Below the pieces are notes generated by a model. It saw only the letters and a list, made by a program, of their open reading frames with translations. It did not search any database and was not told where the DNA came from. Of a stretch of 64,000 bases of DNA, positions 57,985 to 64,000 are shown piece after piece. Position 1 is the first letter of the stretch; the number at the start of each line of letters is the position of its first letter. The stretch is from an uncultured delta proteobacterium (GTDB taxonomy: Bacteria; Desulfobacterota; BSN033; UBA1163): contig CAWHBU010000004.1 of assembly GCA_963827685.1 (NCBI GenBank), positions 96,001 through 160,000 of the forward strand, read 5' to 3'. The position numbers and the translations under genes were made by a program.

Positions 57985-59256
57985 TCATTCGCCTTCCTGC
58001 CCTTGATTCAAGTAAAATGTATTTTTTTTGAACAAGATCTCCTTATCTCCAATCAAACCTTGAGTTGCCATCTTCCAATAATAGGTCCCATACCGGTCTT
58101 TGTGACATTTCCTTTCGAGCTCTCGCTTTGTCAGCGTTCCGTTTGCCAAGGCACCTTTTATGGAGCATTCAATTTTGGCTATCAGAGTTTCTCCGTCTAT
58201 CGGATCAATGATTCTTCGAATATCTTTTTGCCAGTCAAGAAGATCGATCACTTTTTGAACAACACCAACCGTAATGCGTTCCTGCTTTTCATTCGCCGCG
58301 AGAAGGATGAGGAGTCGGTGCCCGTAGGTGTCGAGCCTCTTGGATACTTTCGATTGCTCCTGGGAGAGATACCATGACTCAAAAAGTTTATCGGCATCGT
58401 CATCTATCGGCAGCTCATAGGTGCCGTCTTTGGCAAGGGACTCAATCCAGACCAGAATATCTTGGAGATCATTTCTTAACGGTGCCTTTTCGGCGTCTGG
58501 GATTTTTCTTGGAATGGCAAATTTTCTCTCCGTAGATCCGATGATTACAAAGAGCCTGTTTATGAAACCGATGTCCAGGAAGGCGGGAGTCCACATTCTC
58601 TGATAAGTTTCCAAAGTTGAGGCACCTAAAAGAGAAAGGTAAACGTCATCCAGAGAGATGCTATTTTTCTTAGTCGAAGAATGGAATACATTTGACTCAA
58701 ATAGAGAACACACGCACTGTAATAAGATCGAGCCTTCGATTTGGGCCTTATTTACGAATGATTTCAATTCGTCGTATACAAGTAAGATGGGTGAACCAGA
58801 GAATTTAGTCGCAAGCCCCTCGGCACTTCCGAGCCCTTGGCAGAGGTCGATCTTAAATACCGAATTATTTATCGTCTGCAAACATTGAATGAAGAAATTT
58901 ACCACTTGGCGTATTGCCTCGCTCTTCCGATCATCTGCGCTTCTTCCAACGAGAATCATATATAGCCTTGGCTGTGGGTGAATCTGGCTTTTAATGGTTA
59001 TCCTGTGAGCGATCAGAGCTCCCAAAATAGTAAGATAAACCATTGCCAAAAATTCCCACGCTGATTCGAGATAAGAGGAGTAAACGTCTGCAAAACGGCC
59101 AGCTGCACCACCTATTGCATTGACCGGAAACTCAGATTTGTGTGAGGGGGTTACGTGTTTGCGGTTCGATTTTCTATTGATCTGTTCAGCCTCGACCCGC
59201 TCCGTCACAAGCCGGGCGATCTCCCTGGGATCACTCAATTGAGGTATCTGTCTCAT
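57985..59256 (-). CDS. DUF3987-like replication ATPase/helicase
   Basis: PRLYMILVGRS..RKS, SAEGL, LLVYDEL, GFINR. Confidence 0.7.
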   Translation of the reverse strand: MRQIPQLSDPREIARLVTERVEAEQINRKSNRKHVTPSHKSEFPVNAIGGAAGRFADVYSSYLESAWEFLAMVYLTILGALIAHRITIKSQIHPQPRLYMILVGRSADDRKSEAIRQVVNFFIQCLQTINNSVFKIDLCQGLGSAEGLATKFSGSPILLVYDELKSFVNKAQIEGSILLQCVCSLFESNVFHSSTKKNSISLDDVYLSLLGASTLETYQRMWTPAFLDIGFINRLFVIIGSTERKFAIPRKIPDAEKAPLRNDLQDILVWIESLAKDGTYELPIDDDADKLFESWYLSQEQSKVSKRLDTYGHRLLILLAANEKQERITVGVVQKVIDLLDWQKDIRRIIDPIDGETLIAKIECSIKGALANGTLTKRELERKCHKDRYGTYYWKMATQGLIGDKEILFKKNTFYLNQGQEGE

Positions 59257-59464
59257 CCGTGGACTCCATCTCAAAACACCCCTCTGGATTAAGGCCCAAA
59301 ATCTTCCCTACTGCAAGTACCCTTGGGTCATTTGGCTTCACCTTTTCAATGCCGCAAATCAACTTTGACAGGGTTGAGGGGTTGAGGCCTGCCTGCCAAG
59401 CTATCTTGTACGAACGTTGGTCACCGAGTTTAAGGGCTTCAATAAACCTTCGAGAGACCTTCAT
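59231..59464 (-). CDS. Cro-like HTH
   Basis: YKIAWQAGLNPSTLSKLICG; GGAGG RBS. Confidence 0.75.
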   Translation of the reverse strand: MKVSRRFIEALKLGDQRSYKIAWQAGLNPSTLSKLICGIEKVKPNDPRVLAVGKILGLNPEGCFEMESTDETDTSIE

Positions 59465-59509
59465 TTGGACTTACCTCCAAAGAATTCTTATTAGCTGTTA
59501 ATGATTAAG

Positions 59510-59550
59510 TGGTACTTCTGACGTACCAATTTGGTACTTTTGGCGTACCA
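59510..59550. promoter_or_regulatory. Tandem palindromic operator-like sites
   Basis: TGGTACTTCTGACGTACCA and TGGTACTTTTGGCGTACCA at a 22-bp period. Confidence 0.65.
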
Positions 59551-59597
59551 TTCGAGGAGAAAGTTAGATTAGATTGACAGCTTCAAGGGAATATAAA

Positions 59598-60800
59598 CTA
59601 AAGATCGGAATTCCAATGGAGGTCAACAGGAGGGATGTATAAACAAGTATGACCTAAAGCCACATATTTTTTAAGATGATCTGCCAAGCCGGGATGATGT
59701 TGCTTTATGTGGGTTATGGCTCTATTAATTGCGTTTTTAACAGAACTTCTTGCTTTGTCGTTGCTCTTAGTAAAAGAATCCGATAGCTCATTTAGAATCA
59801 TATTCTTTTCTTCTATCGCTCTTGAACGTTCATCCTTCGGTGATTCTTTTTCGTCTATTATTTCATTAAGTTCCTTAATTCTTTTTCTAAATGTATCTTT
59901 CCTTTGTTCGTTCTTAGCTTTTTCCTTGTGATCAAGTTTTTCAACGAGATGCCCGGGAGACCTCGATTTGGTAAGGCTGAGCTCTTCTAACTGGTCTTTG
60001 GACATTTTGTTCAGCGGATCTGCTTCCCGTGAGATTTGGGATGTCCGAATAAATTCTGTAGCGGGTGTGCTCCGGTAAGGATTCTCTACCAAATATTTTA
60101 TGTAGTCCATTCCAATTAAATGCTTGATGGTGCTAACCGCTTTCCCATCGAAAGAGACCTCCCAGAAGTCTCCTTCTTTCCGAAAGATGTTCCCTTTCGA
60201 AATAGGTCTATCCGTTTCTTCTCTTACCTCCAAGTGCTTTGGTGTTGTTTGGGTACGAAGAAGGGTAAACTCTACGTCAATCACCTCACGAGCTTTCTGC
60301 AGGGCATACTTAACGTAGCTTTGAAATAAATCTTCAATTTTAGTAAGTCCCAACTCCTCTGGGTTGTAATCTTTCCTCCATGAACTAAGTTTGCGTTCGA
60401 CCTCACCGACAAACACAGGTAGACGCTGGGTGTAATCCGAATAATTGAAAAACTTAAGAATAAACTTCTTTACCGCCTTCTGCAAATTCTCATCAGCATC
60501 CACCTTGGGAAGGACCTCGAGAGCCGTTGCTATCATTGATTTAGCTTTGTTCATGATCAGCATTGCAGTTATGTACGGAAAGGACTCAATCTGGGCTCTG
60601 TGGTGTATATGAGTGGTATCAACAGCCAAAGTAGCGGTGAAATACGGGGCGGGATCAAGTTCGGCATATATATGGCCCCGGTCGCCAAGCCAAGCCGCTT
60701 CAACCTCTTCATCAACGAGCCTGAGCTTCGCCTTTATCGCTTTACTTACTGGGGTCTCATTTCGTTCCATTTTCGTCACCTCCTGCGTGACCTCCTGCAA
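59598..60800 (-). CDS. Putative regulator with winged-helix-like C-terminal domain
   Basis: FRKEGDFWEVSFDG...GMDYIKYLVENP...KARSSVKNAINRAI...HPGLADHL. Confidence 0.55.
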   Translation of the reverse strand: MQEVTQEVTKMERNETPVSKAIKAKLRLVDEEVEAAWLGDRGHIYAELDPAPYFTATLAVDTTHIHHRAQIESFPYITAMLIMNKAKSMIATALEVLPKVDADENLQKAVKKFILKFFNYSDYTQRLPVFVGEVERKLSSWRKDYNPEELGLTKIEDLFQSYVKYALQKAREVIDVEFTLLRTQTTPKHLEVREETDRPISKGNIFRKEGDFWEVSFDGKAVSTIKHLIGMDYIKYLVENPYRSTPATEFIRTSQISREADPLNKMSKDQLEELSLTKSRSPGHLVEKLDHKEKAKNEQRKDTFRKRIKELNEIIDEKESPKDERSRAIEEKNMILNELSDSFTKSNDKARSSVKNAINRAITHIKQHHPGLADHLKKYVALGHTCLYIPPVDLHWNSDL

Positions 60801-61529
60801 AAAAGAATCGGGGGAAACCGGCAGGAGTCCGGCTTGTCGGGGAGCTCTCCCTATCCCCCAAGAGTCACATTACTCCATTTTGCTCGAAAATCCAATATGG
60901 AAACTACCGGGAGAAGAAGTACAGAGGGAAGGTTATGAACGGAGGCCGGGGGCCTTAAACAGATTCGACCGGGGATGTTTCTCTATCCACCCACCCGATT
61001 GATGCACACCTGGACACCTGAAAAAAAAGACATCCAAAGCTCTATGTTGGCCCTCCTTTAGCGCCTCGTCTCGGATGTTTACTTGGCAAACCCGAAAGAA
61101 TCACTTCCTCCGTGACAGGGTATGAAAGAGGGGCACTGGGCCTTCTAAACCTTGTGGAAGCGAAAGGAGGAATTACGTGAACAAGGACACTCCGAAGCCG
61201 GTATCACCAAAATCATTGAAAAGGTTAGAGCACGCATTGACACAAAACATTTGTTCAGTTTCCTATTATAATGATTTGTGTAATTCAACATCATCGTTCC
61301 ATCCTTATTGCTAAGAACGCCATTGCCGTAATCTTTTTTAAAACGCTCTTCGGGCCGTTTACCACACCGTTCTCGTAACTCATCTCCTTCTTTGATTGGG
61401 GCTGCATAGCTGCCACCTTATGCCAAGCCGCCTCTCTGCTTCGGCAATGAACCCGTCTTAAAACATCCGCTGAGTAGCACTTGGTTTTTTCATAGGTTTA
61501 TCTCCTATTAGGTAAATGACACATCCCCC

Positions 61530-61880
61530 TCACTTCCACTCCCATGCCCATTTTATAATCTTCCACCCAACCTTAAGAATGGTGATCCCCAAAAATAAGA
61601 TTATCCCCAAGACAACCAAAACAACGATCGCATAAAAAAGTCCTTTGAGAATCCCTGCAATAATATCATCAATATCCCATCCCCGGGTTGATTGAATAGT
61701 ATCGGAAGACGGATACACAGGGGACAGATCACTTCCTTGAGTTTCATCCATGCCCCTTGATTTTTCTTTTAGCTTACCACACACATTGCAGAAACCTCTC
61801 TGGTCTATGGTTCCGATACAGCAATCATCGTCACACAAAATGCGTTCGGCTTCTTCCTGCTCCATTTCGTTGACCTTCAT
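61530..61880 (-). CDS. Hypothetical Cys-motif membrane protein
   Basis: RILCDDDCCIGTIDQRGFCNVCGK plus a C-terminal TM. Confidence 0.55.
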   Translation of the reverse strand: MKVNEMEQEEAERILCDDDCCIGTIDQRGFCNVCGKLKEKSRGMDETQGSDLSPVYPSSDTIQSTRGWDIDDIIAGILKGLFYAIVVLVVLGIILFLGITILKVGWKIIKWAWEWK

Positions 61881-61922
61881 GCCAAGTTACAAAACCTTTC
61901 ATTTTGACTCGCTTGCGCTATG

Positions 61923-62906
61923 TCAGTTCATCAGCGGTTTGAGGATTTCAGGAATCTGTTCACGCCATTCCAGTTTTTCTTGGACATCCCGGCGTTCTTT
62001 GGCCAACCAAGCGAGAATTTGGGCCACGTCAAAGAGGTTCTTGCTCTTGGACGGAGAACCAGGGACTTGGCGTACCTGTTTGGTTTCAATGGTGGTAGGT
62101 GTCTGGCCCTTGTATTGACCGACAATCTCAACGTCATAGCCCGTGCCAGCGATATGGAATGTGCGAGTTGCTGCCTTGAAGCCCCATTGGTCCCTTACAT
62201 CCTTCTCTACCCACCTTACAACGGCTTCAGGCGAAACGCGCTGTTCGCGCCACTCACGGAAGTTCTCTTTTTCGGTTTTAGCCCTTTCGAGTCCCGATGA
62301 GAGAACCGAGCCCACATCGCCAAGGTTCAGATCTCCCATGTGCCGGCGGCATATCTGCGCCTCCGTCACACCGATCACAAGGCCGTTGCTGCACACAAAT
62401 CGAAACCAACCCATCATGGCCCGGAAACGAGTACTGCCGTCCACGGAATTAATGATCTCAAGCCGCATGGCGAGCTCGTGCCCGTCACCAGGGTCGAACG
62501 CATACTTCGGTGGCAGGTATAGGCTAAGGGCCATTCGCTCACCATATTCGGTGAGGGTGAGATCGACCCCCACGCACTCGGGTTCAATTCCAAATTGCCT
62601 CATAACCTCTTTCGCTGTCTCAACGACTTCGGCGTGTTTTACGAGGACGTAGTCCTTCGAAACGATGTTAATCGGGACGGAGGCCCATTCCGTTCCGAAG
62701 GGTTTTCTGATGATCATATCGAGGCGAGCATTGGCGAGGCTTGGTTGGTTGGCTCGATCTCCAAGAGCGAAGTCCTGTCGATCAAAATCCGGTATGTGTT
62801 GGGGAATGTCCGCGAGGGACCCTTTATGAAATCTGACTGGTGAGTTGAGCCACTTTTGATCTTGACCAATGGGGAGAATCATTTGCTGTTGCCTCATAGG
62901 CATCAC
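61923..62906 (-). CDS. DUF932/DUF945-family protein
   Basis: VSKDYVLVKH, NSVDGST, FRFVCSNGL, RRH. Confidence 0.8.
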   Translation of the reverse strand: MMPMRQQQMILPIGQDQKWLNSPVRFHKGSLADIPQHIPDFDRQDFALGDRANQPSLANARLDMIIRKPFGTEWASVPINIVSKDYVLVKHAEVVETAKEVMRQFGIEPECVGVDLTLTEYGERMALSLYLPPKYAFDPGDGHELAMRLEIINSVDGSTRFRAMMGWFRFVCSNGLVIGVTEAQICRRHMGDLNLGDVGSVLSSGLERAKTEKENFREWREQRVSPEAVVRWVEKDVRDQWGFKAATRTFHIAGTGYDVEIVGQYKGQTPTTIETKQVRQVPGSPSKSKNLFDVAQILAWLAKERRDVQEKLEWREQIPEILKPLMN

Positions 62907-63176
62907 CTCCTATTTTCCCCTTCCTATGCATACGTCCGAATGTTGTCCGTGCTCATGCCAATTCTTTGTATAAACCGATGCCAATTTCTTGTCGTAAATT
63001 ATCAGCAGATTCCCAGAATTATTCTCCTCAGCAGCCTTGTGAAATTAAAAGACCCTACCAATTATCCCAATAATACAAATACTAAGACTTAAAGTCAATT
63101 TATTAATAATAATGACTCTATGTCGCTGTTAAATACCCTACAATTGAAATATCCTCTCCTCCAAAAAGGAGTGGAT

Positions 63177-63512
63177 ATGGCCAATATTAAGAAGAAGCTC
63201 GGAATTAGACTATTTCAGTTGAGAAATGAAGCCGGTCTTACCCAAGCTGAACTTGCTGAAAAAGCTGATCTTAGCATTGACTCAATAAGTAGGATAGAAA
63301 GAGGAGAAAGGGCTCCGTCATTAGAATCGTTGGAAAACATTGCTTCAGCCCTGGGGGTTGAACCAATGGAATGCTTTAACTTTAATGGAAAGGAAATTGC
63401 AATACTGGCTGAAGGATCACCAGAAACCTTGGAATTGTGGAACCTCTTGAAGAGTAAAAAGCGAGACCAAATCAAAAAAATACATGATATCGCTAAGATT
63501 TTATTACGTTAG
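63177..63512 (+). CDS. XRE-family HTH regulator
   Basis: LRNEAGLTQAELAEKA...ISRIERG...PSL..L..IA.AL. Confidence 0.9.
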   Translation: MANIKKKLGIRLFQLRNEAGLTQAELAEKADLSIDSISRIERGERAPSLESLENIASALGVEPMECFNFNGKEIAILAEGSPETLELWNLLKSKKRDQIKKIHDIAKILLR

Positions 63513-63569
63513 TTAGACAAGTGGAGTCACCCATAAGTCGGCCTCACTATCCTCCTCTCTTTTCCCTCT

Positions 63570-63728
63570 TCATCCCCGATCCACCACCCTTACCATCTCC
63601 AAAAATTCCTCCTTGGTAAATACCCCCTTCTCCACAAGCAACCTGGTGAGGGCTCCCTGTTGGACAACCTGGGACATGAGGAGTTCTTCAAAGGAAACGA
63701 TTTGCTTAGGGTCAATGGCGGTTGCCAT
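63570..63728 (-). CDS. Small hypothetical protein (not in the ORF track)
   Basis: MATAIDPKQIVSFEELLMSQVVQQGALTRLLVEKGVFTKEEFLEMV. Confidence 0.5.
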   Translation of the reverse strand: MATAIDPKQIVSFEELLMSQVVQQGALTRLLVEKGVFTKEEFLEMVRVVDRG

Positions 63729-64000
63729 GAGACTTCCTGTGAAAGATTTACAAACCTTGTTCTAAAGATCTAAATCCAATGCATTGTATATCTTGAATAA
63801 TTATACTCATCTATTCTTTTCAGAAGTGACCTATCATCGGGGTTAGGGGCATAATTCCTAACATGCCATGCCATGATTTTCATTTTCTTACAGAATCTAA
63901 AATACGGGTCATCGGCAGAATCGGAAAAATAGAAACAATCATATTTAAAAGCTATGTTTGAGTCCCAAAGGGGAAGGAAATTGGGGGCAAAAAGGCAAAG

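Larger units (their letters stand above)
52068..64000. mobile_element. Integrated phage-satellite (PICI-like) element at tRNA-Arg; right end not seen
   Basis: Integrase, xis-like, TerS-like, primase, DUF3987 and HTH genes; no capsid or tail genes and no tRNA 3' duplication in the window. Confidence 0.65.

Noticed and set aside
61085-61160. c-di-GMP-I riboswitch (GGCAAACCCGAAAG)
   Set aside because: The P2 stem and downstream GCAAAG element do not fit.
61244-61256. LexA box AAAC-N4-GTTC
   Set aside because: Single imperfect site, and the host LexA motif is unknown.
1-64000. CRISPR array
   Set aside because: No constant 25-45-bp repeats with unique spacers. The periodic repeats are 6-8-nt units, and the Cas2-like ORF has no cas neighbours.
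61000-64000. attR of the satellite
   Set aside because: No copy of the tRNA-Arg 3' end was found by eye.

Overview
Chromosomal window from an anaerobic deltaproteobacterium (Desulfobacterota-like, inferred from gene content). 1-1.6 kb: 3' part of an MtrB/PioB-type outer-membrane porin. 1.9-8.0 kb: truncated argG, then a decayed integron cassette array with no integrase (an attI-like site, 4 attC sites, and protease, DUF4145, HEPN-like and Shedu-like cassettes), invaded by RAYT-, IS1182- and IS1595-type elements. 8.3-18 kb: housekeeping genes (fabF, icd, korDABC, plsC, panC, deoxynucleoside kinase, proC). 18-35.5 kb: two sensor kinases, response regulators, a receiver-domain/formate-nitrite-channel fusion, and a C1/redox cluster (MetF-like, HdrA/HdrL, selenocysteine MvhD, MetV, an inserted four-helix-bundle gene, MetF, HdrCB). 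35.6-38.6 kb: an orphan SecY paralogue sandwiched between a Zn-ribbon and a DUF2007 domain, plus a membrane TPR gene. 38.7-52 kb: VWA/MoxR pair, MFS, rph, rdgB, tRNA-Pro, ExeA-LysM-SPOR, an intact IS256 and a two-component system. 52-64 kb: tRNA-Arg(TCT) with an integrated phage-satellite-like element whose far end is not seen. Many gene junctions carry hairpins built of 6-8-nt tandem units. Best novelty candidates: Zn-ribbon-SecY-DUF2007, REC-FNT beside Hdr-MetFV, and the periodic-hairpin/four-helix-bundle system. All family calls come from motif recognition by eye; no searches were run.
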